Shown in pieces: positions 19,688 to 28,947 of a stretch of 64,000 nt of DNA. Both the position numbers and the translations under genes were made by a program. The notes beneath the pieces were generated by a model. That model was not told the origin of the DNA. It did no database searches and saw only the letters and a program-made list of their open reading frames with translations. How positions within the stretch are numbered: position 1 is the first letter of the stretch; each line of letters opens with the position of its first letter. Source of the DNA: an uncultured Gemmatimonadales bacterium (lineage in GTDB: Bacteria > Gemmatimonadota > Gemmatimonadetes > Gemmatimonadales > JACORV01); assembly GCA_963812035.1 (NCBI GenBank), contig CAWETG010000001.1:915594-979593 (forward strand), written 5' to 3'.

Positions 19688-20584
19688 ATGAATCCCGTCC
19701 ATATCGCCATCGATCGCGCGGCCACGTACTTCGCGGGCCGCGAGACGCGCCAAGGGTATGTGGCGCGGCGGCTGCTCGGTAACCCGCGTCCCGAGGACGA
19801 CCGCCTCGCCGAGGCGCTGATGAAGGACCGACGGGCGCGCGTCCGCCCCGACGGGAGCGTCGGTGGCGACCTCGTGGCCACGGCGTGGCTGGCCTGGGAG
19901 TTGTTGGATCTCGGCGCCCCGAGCGTCGCCCACTCCGTTCACCGGCCCGTGACCTGGATCCTCGGCCGCCAGGAGAAGGACGGCGCCTTCGCCGAAGGGT
20001 GCACACCGCGGCGCCACGAACTCAAGCTGTGCGAGCACGCGATCGGCGGCTTCTTCGCCTACCGCTCGTCGGGACGCACCATCCGCCGCCTCACCCTCCC
20101 GACCGGAGCCGCCGTGACGTCGGATCAGGGCGCGCGTTTCCTCGCCTCGTGCTTCGCGCTGCGCACAGTGCTGCGAGGTGGCCAGGAGGAGCGGACCCTG
20201 GTGCGCCGGCATGTCGGAAGCCTGCTGGCGCTTCCCAAGATGTGGGACTCGTGGGGCGGGCTCTGGGCCCCGACGATGACGGTGGGCGCGCTGGCGGCGA
20301 TCGCGTGGGCCCCGCCGCCGTTCCGCGGCCAGCTCCCGATCCTCTCCGAGCACCTGGCGCTGAACCAGAAGCCGGACGGGTCGTGGCGCAACCTGGACAT
20401 CGTTCACGCGGTCGACGCGCTCGCGGCCGTGCCGCTGCCGCAGGCCAAGGAAGCCGTCGCGCTCGCCGCCCCCCGCCTCGCCAAGATGCAGTCCCTGAAG
20501 GGGACCGTGGGCAGCGGGCCGTACGCGGAGGAGCGCACGCTGGTCGCGCTCCGCGCCTGGCTGATCGCCCGCGAGTACGCATGA
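19688..20584 (+). CDS. prenyltransferase/squalene-oxidase-repeat-like (alpha/alpha toroid) protein
   Basis: 298 aa. Repeated 'DGS(V/W)' motif spacing (RPDGSVGG, EKDGAFAEG, KPDGSWRN) typical of terpenoid-cyclase-like repeats. Confidence 0.55.
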   Translation: MNPVHIAIDRAATYFAGRETRQGYVARRLLGNPRPEDDRLAEALMKDRRARVRPDGSVGGDLVATAWLAWELLDLGAPSVAHSVHRPVTWILGRQEKDGAFAEGCTPRRHELKLCEHAIGGFFAYRSSGRTIRRLTLPTGAAVTSDQGARFLASCFALRTVLRGGQEERTLVRRHVGSLLALPKMWDSWGGLWAPTMTVGALAAIAWAPPPFRGQLPILSEHLALNQKPDGSWRNLDIVHAVDALAAVPLPQAKEAVALAAPRLAKMQSLKGTVGSGPYAEERTLVALRAWLIAREYA

Positions 20585-20591
20585 GGCTGGA

Positions 20592-20655
20592 GGCACAGGG
20601 GCACGGACGCACGGACGCACGGACGCACAGACGCACAGACGCACGGGGGCACGGG
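20592..20655 (+). repeat. 8-nt tandem repeat tract (SGCACRGR x8)
   Basis: ggcacagg ggcacgga cgcacgga cgcacgga cgcacaga cgcacaga cgcacggg ggcacggg. The 37-nt core 20614-20650 is 36/37 identical to 33223-33259. Confidence 0.9.
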
Positions 20656-20694
20656 AAGACGCAGTGTCGAACAGCTCACCCACGAGGCGGCGCC

Positions 20695-21783
20695 ATGGCC
20701 GACACCCAGCCAGTCAGCCCACACGAGCGGATCCGACTCACTTCCTACTCCCACGGTGCGGGTTGAGCCTGCAAACTCGGCCCCGCTGAGCTGGCGCAGG
20801 TCCTGCGCTTCGTCCCGTCCGTCCCTCCGGGGACCGATCCCGCCGTGCTGGTAGACGCCAGCGGCCGGGACGACGCGGCCGTGGTGCGCATCGCGGACGA
20901 CCGCGCGCTCATCCTCACGACCGACTTCTTCACGCCGATCGTGGACGACCCGTACACCTTCGGCCAGATCGCGGCCGCCAACGCGCTGTCCGATGTGTAC
21001 GCCATGGGCGGGCGCCCCCTGTGGTGCCTCAACCTGGTGGGCTGGCCGCACGACCGGCTGCCGCTCGAAGCTTTGGGCGAGGTGCTGCGTGGCGGCGCGG
21101 AGATGGTGGCGCGGGCCGGGGCGCGGATCCTGGGCGGCCACTCCATCGACGACCCGGAACCCAAGTACGGACTGATGGTCGTGGGCGAGGTCCACCCGGA
21201 TCGGATGACCACGAACGCGGCCGCCAGGCCCGGTGACCGGCTCGTCCTGACCAAGCCGATCGGCACCGGCATTGTCGCCACGGCGATCAAGAAAGGGGCG
21301 GCGTCCGCCGACGCCATCCGCGCTGCCACCGACACGATGACCGCGCTGAACGACGGAGCCGCAGCCGCCGCGGCCAGCGCCGGCGCACGGGCGGCGACCG
21401 ACGTCACCGGCTTCGGACTGCTCGGTCATCTCGGCGCGATGCTGCTGGCGAGCGGCGTGGCGGCCGAGATTTGGGCCGACGCGGTGCCGTGGCTGGTCGG
21501 CGTCCGGCGGCTCGCCGAGGAGGGGCACATTGCCGGGGGCACCCGGCGCAACCTCACTGCGGCGAACGAGTTCACTGGCTGGGATTCCGGCGTGGACGAG
21601 ATCGAGCGGCTGATGCTCGCCGACGCCCAGACCTCTGGCGGCCTCCTGATCGCGGTCCACCCCGATGCGCTCGAGCGCCTTCTCACCTCCCTCGCCGCTC
21701 ACCGGACGTTGGCGGCGGCCGAGATCGGCACGGTCGGCACCGGACGCCGCGGTTCAGTCCAAGTCCACCGCGGCACCAACTGA
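20695..21783 (+). CDS. selD: selenide, water dikinase (selenophosphate synthetase), selenocysteine-containing
   Basis: The track ORF starts only at 20845. Translating from ATG 20695 (GAGG 7 nt upstream) gives MADTQPVSPHERIRLTSYSHGAG-[TGA 20764-20766]-ACKLGPAELAQVL.., in frame with 20845. This matches the E. coli SelD N-terminus IRLTQYSHGAGCGCK with UGA at the Cys17 position. An alternative in-frame ATG lies at 20581. Confidence 0.9.
20767..20801 (+). promoter_or_regulatory. candidate bacterial SECIS hairpin
   Basis: Immediately 3' of the UGA. Outer stem gcctgc/gcaggt, inner hairpin ctcggc-ccc-gctgag. Folded by eye only. Confidence 0.4.
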
Positions 21784-21881
21784 CCAAATCCTACTGAGGA
21801 CATCGGGATAGGACCGGCGGGCACGAAAGGTGCCGCGTCTAATGGCTGGAGCTATCTTCGATCACGTCGGGAGGTGCCGAG

Positions 21882-22073
21882 ATGACACGCGAGCGCGATA
21901 TCAAAGTGACGGCTGAGACCGCTGCTTGTGTCTATTGTGGCGCAACCGAGGATCTGGTGCCGGACGACCACCTCGAGGGCCTGTACTACTGCCCCCGGTG
22001 TCTCGACCGGCACGTGCGCCACGGTCAGCAGATTGACGATCGGGGAGAAGCCGAGCCACCCTGGGACGGCTGA
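21882..22073 (+). CDS. small zinc-ribbon protein (63 aa)
   Basis: GGGAGG 7 nt upstream of the ATG. CVYC..(16)..CPRC four-Cys ribbon. Locally lower GC3. Confidence 0.45.
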   Translation: MTRERDIKVTAETAACVYCGATEDLVPDDHLEGLYYCPRCLDRHVRHGQQIDDRGEAEPPWDG

Positions 22074-22225
22074 TGCTCGACGTCGCCGGCACCTGAGCAG
22101 GCTCGCCGCGCGATGTTCTCCCCGCCACTCGCCGGGCTCGACCGCCGGCCCGGTGCGGACGTCGCCGTTAGCGCCACCATCAACCTCGCGCGGCGCTCCA
22201 GGACCACCATTCCATCGCTGACCAG

Positions 22226-22828
22226 TTGACGGACCATCGGACGCACGCTCGCGCGACCACGACACGCCAGGTCGTCGTGCACGCCGACGAGGCGTGTCTG
22301 GGCAACGGGCAGGCGCCACCCACGCCAGGCGGCGCGGGTGGCCTGATCGAGATTCGGGGCGCGTCGGAGCAGGTGGAACGTCGCGACTACTTCCTCGCCG
22401 AGCCGGACACCACCAACAACCGCATGGCGCTGCGCTCAGCCATCGCTGCACTGGAGTTGCTGACCGCGAGGGGCCAACGGCTCTCGGTGCGCTTCACGTC
22501 GGACTCGACCTACCTGATCCAGGGCATGCGGGAATGGGTTGACGCGTGGCGGGCCCGCGGTTGGCGCCGCAAGGGCGGAGCCATCGAGAACCTCGAGCTG
22601 TGGCAGGAGCTGGTGGCCGCGGCGGAGCGTCACGATATGACCTGGCAATGGGTGCGGGGCCACGCCGGTCACGCCAAGAACGAGTACGCCAACCACCTCG
22701 CGACGCGCGCCGCCGCGGGACAGCGGCAGTCCGGCGGCCTGATCGCATCAGGGTTCACTGCTTGGCTCGCGGCCGAGCGCGCCAAGAGGAAATACGCGGC
22801 CTACGACCCCGACGCGGACGTGCGCTAG
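22226..22828 (+). CDS. rnhA: ribonuclease HI
   Basis: 200 aa. VVVHADEACLGNG.., TNNRMALRSAIAALE, SDSTYLIQG, W.WVRGHAGHAKNEYANHLA. Exact start uncertain. Confidence 0.9.
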   Translation: MTDHRTHARATTTRQVVVHADEACLGNGQAPPTPGGAGGLIEIRGASEQVERRDYFLAEPDTTNNRMALRSAIAALELLTARGQRLSVRFTSDSTYLIQGMREWVDAWRARGWRRKGGAIENLELWQELVAAAERHDMTWQWVRGHAGHAKNEYANHLATRAAAGQRQSGGLIASGFTAWLAAERAKRKYAAYDPDADVR

Positions 22829-23854
22829 CTGTGATTGACAAAGAGGTTGTTCACTGAGGCACGCTGAGCGAAGCTGGGGGTGTGTGATGTCCACCAACAG
22901 CACAGCGGAGGCCTCAGTGAACGTGCATAAGAATGCGACGATGGCGCCGGCGGGGCGAGTCCTGGCCGTCCGGCGGGTGCTCCAGGGGGAGGCGGTGGGG
23001 GCCGTGGCGCGGGGGAGCGGCGTCAGTGCGCGGCGGCTGTACGCGTGGGTCGGGCGGTGGCAGGCGGGGGATCGGGTGCTGGCGGATCGCTCGAGCCGGC
23101 CGCAGCGGATGCCGCGGCGCTTGGCGCGGGCCCAGCGGCGGCAGATCGGCCGGTTACGGCGCCACCGCCAGAGCTCCTTGCGCATCGCCGCGACCCTAGG
23201 GCTCCCGCTCTCGACCGTGGTGACGGAGCAGCGGCGGCAGGGGCTGGCGCGCCTGCCCCGGCTCTTCCCGCTGCCGCCGGTGGTGCGCTACCAGCGGGAG
23301 CGGCCGGGCGAGCTGCTGCACGTGGACACCAAGAAGCTGGGCCGGATCGGGCGGGTCGGCCATCGGATCCATGGCGATCACGCCCGCCGGATGGCGGGGA
23401 TTGGCTGGGAGGTGCTCTACGCGGCGATCGACGATGCGACGCGGGTGGCCTACAGCGAAGTGCTGGGCGATGAGACCGGGGCGACGGCGGTGGGCTTCCT
23501 GGAACGGGCGGTGGCCTGGTACGCAGCCCGGGGGATCCGGATCGAGAGCGTGATGACCGATAACGGCAGCCCCTTCGTCTCCCACGCCTGGCGGGCCGCG
23601 CTGCACGCCGGCCAGCTCCGGCACCTGCGGACCCGACCCTACACGCCGCGCACCAACGGCAAGGTGGAGCGTTTCATCCAGACGCTGCTGCGCGAGTGGG
23701 CGTACGTGCAGGCCTACGGGCGCTCGTGGATCCGGACCCGGGCCTTGCGGCCGTATCTGCGGTACTACAACCTCGAGCGGCCGCACACGGCGCTCGGGTA
23801 TCGTCCCCCCTTCGCCCGGCTCGCGTCAGTGAACAACGTCCTTGTCAACAACAG
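22829..23854 (+). mobile_element. IS481-family insertion sequence (1026 bp) with CTAG target duplication
   Basis: Imperfect ~30-bp terminal inverted repeats: ctgtgattgacaaagaggttgttcactga versus the reverse complement of the right end, ctgttgttgacaaggacgttgttcactga. Flanked by CTAG at 22825-22828 and 23855-23858. Single DDE transposase. Confidence 0.85.
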
Positions 23855-23858
23855 CTAG
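22884..23858 (+). CDS. IS481-family DDE transposase (rve integrase core)
   Basis: 324 aa. HVDTKKLG..., DNGSPF, YTPRTNGKVERF. The TAG stop lies in the flanking CTAG. Confidence 0.9.
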   Translation: MMSTNSTAEASVNVHKNATMAPAGRVLAVRRVLQGEAVGAVARGSGVSARRLYAWVGRWQAGDRVLADRSSRPQRMPRRLARAQRRQIGRLRRHRQSSLRIAATLGLPLSTVVTEQRRQGLARLPRLFPLPPVVRYQRERPGELLHVDTKKLGRIGRVGHRIHGDHARRMAGIGWEVLYAAIDDATRVAYSEVLGDETGATAVGFLERAVAWYAARGIRIESVMTDNGSPFVSHAWRAALHAGQLRHLRTRPYTPRTNGKVERFIQTLLREWAYVQAYGRSWIRTRALRPYLRYYNLERPHTALGYRPPFARLASVNNVLVNNS

Positions 23859-23917
23859 ACCGAAGCCGGCGCGCCGCCCCGGCTGTTTGGTTGACAAGGG
23901 GCTACCACCACTCTAAC

Positions 23918-24721
23918 GTGGCGCGTCTACCAACCGAGCCCTGGGTGTTGCCCGTATCGTCACCGCCTCCCACCGACGAACTTGACCGGCTGTTTCGCCG
24001 GCTCGTCCAGAATCTTGCCGATCTCGATCCCTCGCGCATACACGGGCCGGTCGACGTCACCGAGCTTTACCAGCACCTGGTCCCGTACCGGACCCACCGC
24101 GCCGCGCTCGGCCTCGACTCGCACGAGGACTATGAGATGACGCTGCTCCGCCTGCTCGCGGGCGAGCGGGGCTACGCTTTCGTGGAGCCTGAGGAGGCGC
24201 GCACGGCGCTGGCCAACGAGGCGGCCAGCATCAATCCCGATACGAGCTTCTACAAGCGGTACGGCGCCGCCCAGGTGACTTTCGACCCGGACCAGGTGCG
24301 CGCAGCGCTGGGAGGAGCCGACGCCGTGCCTCCCGCGGCCGGCGCCGAGACGACGGACGCGGGCGAGGCGGCTCAGACTGCGGAACGCGCCCTCGGCGAG
24401 GTCCCGTGGTTCCCCGAGCCCCCGGCCGACACCCCCGAAATCGAGGTCCGCGGCACCGGGCTGGACGAGGAAGCGGACCAGCCGGAGCTGCCGTTCGCGC
24501 TCGACGACGAAGCGGCCGAGCCGCAGGCTGCCTCACCCCGCACCACCAGCGCACCATGCGCGTTCTGCGGTGCAGATCTGCCGGTAGGACGAGCCGTCAT
24601 CTTCTGCCCGCATTGCGGACAGAACGTCGGAGTCGTCCACTGTCCTTCGTGCGGCACCGAGCTGGACGTGGAGTGGCGCTTCTGCATCACCTGCGGCCGG
24701 CAGATGGCCGGGCTCGGATGA
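23918..24721 (+). CDS. acidic protein with C-terminal double zinc ribbon
   Basis: Tail of track ORF 23696..24721; GTG 23918 is the likely start (23945 is an alternative). CAFCG..CPHCG..CPSCG..CITCG. Confidence 0.6.
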   Translation: MARLPTEPWVLPVSSPPPTDELDRLFRRLVQNLADLDPSRIHGPVDVTELYQHLVPYRTHRAALGLDSHEDYEMTLLRLLAGERGYAFVEPEEARTALANEAASINPDTSFYKRYGAAQVTFDPDQVRAALGGADAVPPAAGAETTDAGEAAQTAERALGEVPWFPEPPADTPEIEVRGTGLDEEADQPELPFALDDEAAEPQAASPRTTSAPCAFCGADLPVGRAVIFCPHCGQNVGVVHCPSCGTELDVEWRFCITCGRQMAGLG

Positions 24722-25779
24722 CCCGCCACCGCATCGCCGTCATCGCCGGTGACGGGATTGGCCCCGAAGTGATCGAGGCCGCCCTGGTGGTGCTGACCGC
24801 CGCCGCGCGCCGCTTCGGCTTCGCACTCGACGTCGAGCGGCTCCCCTACTCCGCCGACCACTATCTCGCCACGCACGAGACCATTCCTGACGCAGCCGTC
24901 GAGCACCTCAGGAACGACCTGGACGCGATCTTCGTGGGCGCCCTCGGCGATCCGCGCGTGCCTGGCAATGAGCATGCGCGGGACATCCTCCTCGGTCTTC
25001 GATTCCGGCTCGATCTCTACGTCAACCTGCGGCCGGTGACCCTGCTCCATCCCGCGCTCTGCCCGCTGAAGGAGCCGCCCAACGGCAGGCGCGTGATCGA
25101 CTTCGCCATCTTCCGGGAGAACACCGAGGGCATCTACGTGGGCGCCGGCGGCGGGCTGCGCGTCGGCACGCCCGACGAGGTGCAGCTCGCCGAGGAAGTG
25201 CACACGCGCAAGGGCGTGGAGCGGATCATCCGCTACGCCTTCGAATGGGCGAAGGCGAACGGCAAGACGCGGGTGACGATGTCCGACAAAGCGAATGCGG
25301 TGCCCGCGCACCGGATCTGGGGCCGCGTCTTCGCCGAAGTCGGCGCGGAGTACCCCGGCATCGAGCGCGAGCACCGGTACGTGGACGCGCTGGCCATGGA
25401 GTTGGTGCGGGAGCCCGAGCGCTTCCAAGCCATCGTGACCCAGAACCTCTTCGGCGACATCCTCTCTGACCTCGCGGCCCAGTTGGTGGGCGGGCTGGGC
25501 ATCTCACCCTCGGCCAACCTCCATCCCGGCCGCGCCGGCCTGTTCGAACCGGTGCACGGCTCCGCTCCGCCGCTGGCTGGCAAGGACGTCGCCAATCCGT
25601 TCGCTGCGATCCTCACCGCGGCGATGATGCTGCGGGACTTGCGGGAAGCCGAGGCGGCGACTGCCCTCGAGCACGCCGTCCGCGACGCCCTCGCGGCGGC
25701 CGTCACGACGCCCGATCTGGGTGGCAATACCGGCACACGGGAGGTGGCCCGATGGGTAGCAGAACGCATCGTCCGCTGA
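24718..25779 (+). CDS. isopropylmalate/tartrate dehydrogenase family (3-IPMDH-like)
   Basis: Last 353 aa of track ORF 24406..25779, from ATG 24718 (ATGA overlap). IAVIAGDGIGPEV, NLRP, RENTEGIY, NLFGDILSDLAA. Confidence 0.9.
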   Translation: MTRHRIAVIAGDGIGPEVIEAALVVLTAAARRFGFALDVERLPYSADHYLATHETIPDAAVEHLRNDLDAIFVGALGDPRVPGNEHARDILLGLRFRLDLYVNLRPVTLLHPALCPLKEPPNGRRVIDFAIFRENTEGIYVGAGGGLRVGTPDEVQLAEEVHTRKGVERIIRYAFEWAKANGKTRVTMSDKANAVPAHRIWGRVFAEVGAEYPGIEREHRYVDALAMELVREPERFQAIVTQNLFGDILSDLAAQLVGGLGISPSANLHPGRAGLFEPVHGSAPPLAGKDVANPFAAILTAAMMLRDLREAEAATALEHAVRDALAAAVTTPDLGGNTGTREVARWVAERIVR

Positions 25780-26753
25780 TCGCGCTGGCCCTCGCGGCGT
25801 TCGCGCAGGGCCTGGCCGCACAGAACCCGCCCGCCGCGGCACCGTCATCCCAGCCCCAGCGCGACACCATGGCGCGCGAGTTGATCCTCAACGAAGTCTA
25901 CGCGCCCGGCCCTTCGGCCATGCCGCTTCGGGTGACGCTCAACGAAGGGACGGTCTATCGCGTCGAGGTCCAGCCAGGCTCGGCGGACATCAGCATCCGC
26001 TCCGCCCGGCGGCTCACGCTGCCGCCGCTCTACCTGGTGCCGCTGGAGGGCGGCGGGCCGATGGGGGCCAGCCTGACGAGCGCGTTCCTGTTCGTGCCTC
26101 GTGCCACCGAGGAGTACCGCATCGACGTGACTGCCTACGGCGGCGAGCCGGTGCAGATCAAGATCTGGACCGATCCCAGGGAGATGTCGCGCTGGGCGAG
26201 GATGCGGCGGGCGACGAAGGGCTTGCCGATGGCCGGCCTCGGCCTTCGAGCCGTGTACTTCGGCGCGTTCGTTCGGCCCCACGCCGCCGGTTACATCTCC
26301 CCTGAACCTCCGCAGGGAACGGCCAGCGCGCTTGGCGTCGAGGCATGCGTGGCTGTCGTTCCTCGAGGCGCGTGGGTGACCGGGCCGATCGGCGGATGCG
26401 TGCTCTCCCTCGGCACCTACTCTCGACCTGATTCGTCCGGGCGATTCTTGCTGATCGCCACGGAGCCCCGCTTCGAGCTGAGCGCGCCGGGGGCGGCGAT
26501 CCAGACATCCGCCGTGCTCACCGTGGGCGTGGGCACCGAGATTTCCCTGCCACAACAGCTCGAGAGGATGGACTACCTGGCTCTGGGTCTCGGCTTGGAT
26601 GTCGCTACCGAAATCCCCGGGCTCGGGCGGCACTGGTGGGCCGAGGCTGAAGGTGGCCTGGCCCGAATGCAGGAGCTCGGGAGCGGCCTGGAGCCGAAGG
26701 GCCAAGCGAGCATCGTTCCGCACCTTGGACTGGGCCTGCAACTGCGGTTCTAG
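25752..26753 (+). CDS. secreted protein, possible outer-membrane beta-barrel
   Basis: 333 aa. Signal peptide LIALALAAFAQGLAAQ, alternating beta-like C-terminal half ending ..LGLGLQLRF. Confidence 0.5.
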   Translation: MGSRTHRPLIALALAAFAQGLAAQNPPAAAPSSQPQRDTMARELILNEVYAPGPSAMPLRVTLNEGTVYRVEVQPGSADISIRSARRLTLPPLYLVPLEGGGPMGASLTSAFLFVPRATEEYRIDVTAYGGEPVQIKIWTDPREMSRWARMRRATKGLPMAGLGLRAVYFGAFVRPHAAGYISPEPPQGTASALGVEACVAVVPRGAWVTGPIGGCVLSLGTYSRPDSSGRFLLIATEPRFELSAPGAAIQTSAVLTVGVGTEISLPQQLERMDYLALGLGLDVATEIPGLGRHWWAEAEGGLARMQELGSGLEPKGQASIVPHLGLGLQLRF

Positions 26754-26842
26754 CTTCGCTTGCTGCCCCCTCCCGGCCCGGCCATATTCCGCGGCTGCCG
26801 GGACTGCCCGGCTTTCCCTCGAGCCGGCGGAGCACGCAAGAG

Positions 26843-28054
26843 ATGAAGACGCAGGGCAGGGACCGGGACGTGGTGTTCCTGAGCGGAGTGCGCACGCCAT
26901 TCGGGACCTTCGGCGGCACCCTCAAGGACCATTCGGCCATTGAGCTGGCCGCCACCGCTGCCCGCTCCGCGGTGGAGCGGTCGGGCCTTCAGCCCGGCGA
27001 CTTCGACCACGTCGTCTTCGGCAACGCCCTGCAGACCTCCGCCGACGCCATCTACTTCGCCCGTCACGTCGGGCTCAAGGCCGGCCTTCCCATCGAGGTG
27101 CCGGCCCTCACCGTGAACCGGCTGTGCGGCTCCGGCTTCGAGGCCATCGTCCAGGCAGCCCAGCAGATCCTGCTCGACGAGTCCAGGGTCGTGCTGGCGG
27201 GCGGCGGCGAGTCCATGAGCCAGGCGCCGCACGTGATCCGGGGCGCGCGGTGGGGGCTGAAGCTCGGTCCGCCCGCGCCGCTCGAGGATCTGCTGTGGGA
27301 ATCGCTCACCGACCCGCAGTGCGGCTTCTCGATGGCGCAGACGGCGGAGAACCTCGCGGACAAGTACCAGCTCACGCGCCACGAAGTGGACGAGTTCGCG
27401 GAGCGCTCGCAGCGGCTGGCCAAGCAGGCGTGGGACCAGGGAGTGTTCGACGACGAGGTCGTGGCGGTGCAGGTCAAGGATCCGAAGACCCGCCAGCTGG
27501 TGCCGTTCCGCGCCGACGAGCACATGCGCCCCGGCACGACGCTGGAGGGCCTCGCCAAGCTCGCGCCGTACTTCAAGAAGGACGGCCTGGTGACCGCGGG
27601 GAACGCAAGCGGGATTTGCGACGGGGCGGCGGCGTGCGTCGTAGCGGCGGAGGACGTCGCACGGGCGAAGGGGCTGAAGCCGTTGGGCCGCCTGGTGGGA
27701 TGGGCGGTGGCCGGCGTGGAGCCCAAGTACATGGGGCTGGGGCCCGCCCCCGCGATCCGCAAGTTGCTCGCCAAGACCGGGATGAAGCTCGACCAGGCGG
27801 ACCTGATCGAGGTCAACGAGGCGTTCGCGCCGCAGTACGTGGCGGTGGAGAAGGAGCTGGGGTTGCCGCGCGAGAAGGTGAACGTGCACGGCGGCGCCAT
27901 CGCGATCGGGCACCCGCTCGCGGCTTCGGGCACGAGGATCACCATTCACCTCCTCCACGCGCTGCGGAAGAGCGGCCGTCGTTATGGGATCGGCAGCGCC
28001 TGCATCGGCGGCGGCCAGGGTGCCGCCGTGATGGTGGAAGCCTTCACGCCGTAG
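26843..28054 (+). CDS. acetyl-CoA C-acetyltransferase (thiolase II)
   Basis: 403 aa. VNRLCGSG active Cys, NASGICDGAA, NVHGGAIAIGHPLAASG, CIGGGQG. Confidence 0.95.
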   Translation: MKTQGRDRDVVFLSGVRTPFGTFGGTLKDHSAIELAATAARSAVERSGLQPGDFDHVVFGNALQTSADAIYFARHVGLKAGLPIEVPALTVNRLCGSGFEAIVQAAQQILLDESRVVLAGGGESMSQAPHVIRGARWGLKLGPPAPLEDLLWESLTDPQCGFSMAQTAENLADKYQLTRHEVDEFAERSQRLAKQAWDQGVFDDEVVAVQVKDPKTRQLVPFRADEHMRPGTTLEGLAKLAPYFKKDGLVTAGNASGICDGAAACVVAAEDVARAKGLKPLGRLVGWAVAGVEPKYMGLGPAPAIRKLLAKTGMKLDQADLIEVNEAFAPQYVAVEKELGLPREKVNVHGGAIAIGHPLAASGTRITIHLLHALRKSGRRYGIGSACIGGGQGAAVMVEAFTP

Positions 28055-28066
28055 GGGGACCGACCG

Positions 28067-28939
28067 GTGGACGCACTCGCAGTCGTCGCGGTGGTGGCGG
28101 CGCTCTATACGCTGTCCAGCCTCAGGATCATCAAGCAGTACGAGCGTGCGGTGGCCTTCTTCCTGGGCCGCTACTGGAACACCAAGGGCCCGGGGCTCGT
28201 CTTCCTGCCGAGCATGATCGCACACATGCACCGGGTATCGCTCCGGATCGTCGCGCTCGACATCCCGCCGCAGGACGTCATCACGCGCGACAACATCTCG
28301 TTGAAGGTCAACGCCGTGCTGTACATGAAGGTGAAGGACCCGGCGGCCGCGATCATCGGAATCGAGAACTACCTTTACGCCACGAGCCAGCTCGCCCAGA
28401 CCACGCTGCGCAGCGTGTGCGGCCAGCACCAGCTCGACGAGATCCTGTCGGAGCGCGAGAGGATCAACGAGACGCTGAAGGCGATCATCGACGCGCGCAC
28501 GATCGAGTGGGGGATCGAGGTCTCGGCGGTCGAGGTCAAGGACGTCGATCTGCCCGTGGAAATGAAGCGTGCGATGGCGCGGCAGGCCGAGGCGGAGCGC
28601 GAGCGGCGGGCCAAGGTGATCAATGCCGAGGGCGAGCTGCAGGCCTCCGAGAAGCTGGCCATGGCGGCGCACGTGATCGGCCAGGAGCCGGCGGCGATCA
28701 CGCTCCGCTTCCTCCAGACCGTTTCCGAGATCGCGTCGGAGCACAACTCGACGACCTTCTTCCCGCTGCCGATCGATCTGCTGAAGCCGTTCCTCGGGGC
28801 GTACCGGCAGTCGGAGCCGGCCCCGAACGCGGCGCCGGCGCTGGCCAGCGCGGTGGTGCAGGCCGCGCTTGGAAGCCCGGCGCCTGGAGGGGCACTGCCG
28901 TCGCCGGCCCAGCGCGAAGGCGCGGAGCGGAAAGGGTAG
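28067..28939 (+). CDS. SPFH/band-7 (stomatin-like) protein
   Basis: 290 aa. N-terminal TM segment, [41 protein letters not shown]. Confidence 0.9.
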   Translation: MDALAVVAVVAALYTLSSLRIIKQYERAVAFFLGRYWNTKGPGLVFLPSMIAHMHRVSLRIVALDIPPQDVITRDNISLKVNAVLYMKVKDPAAAIIGIENYLYATSQLAQTTLRSVCGQHQLDEILSERERINETLKAIIDARTIEWGIEVSAVEVKDVDLPVEMKRAMARQAEAERERRAKVINAEGELQASEKLAMAAHVIGQEPAAITLRFLQTVSEIASEHNSTTFFPLPIDLLKPFLGAYRQSEPAPNAAPALASAVVQAALGSPAPGGALPSPAQREGAERKG

Positions 28940-28947
28940 ACCGGCCG

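Noticed and set aside
20592-20655. Possible CRISPR array, considered for the 8-nt tracts, the TCATCAC array and the 24-bp repeat.
   Set aside because: The units are contiguous with no spacers, are far shorter than CRISPR repeats, and there are no cas genes in the window.
22071-22229. Possible Sec read-through of the TGA ending the 63-aa zinc-ribbon ORF (..PPWDG-U-CSTSPAPEQ.. continuing 51 codons to a TGA overlapping the rnhA start).
   Set aside because: GC3 of the extension (about 80%) is suggestive. However, the extension is low-complexity, I could not find a convincing hairpin after the TGA, and no known selenoprotein family fits. It should be re-examined only if the Sec machinery is confirmed.
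23881-23900. Third IS481 IR-like sequence treated as evidence for a second, deleted IS copy.
   Set aside because: Only about 14 matching bases (ctgtt..ttgacaagg), which is too short to separate a remnant from chance. It is mentioned under the IS finding, not called as a feature.
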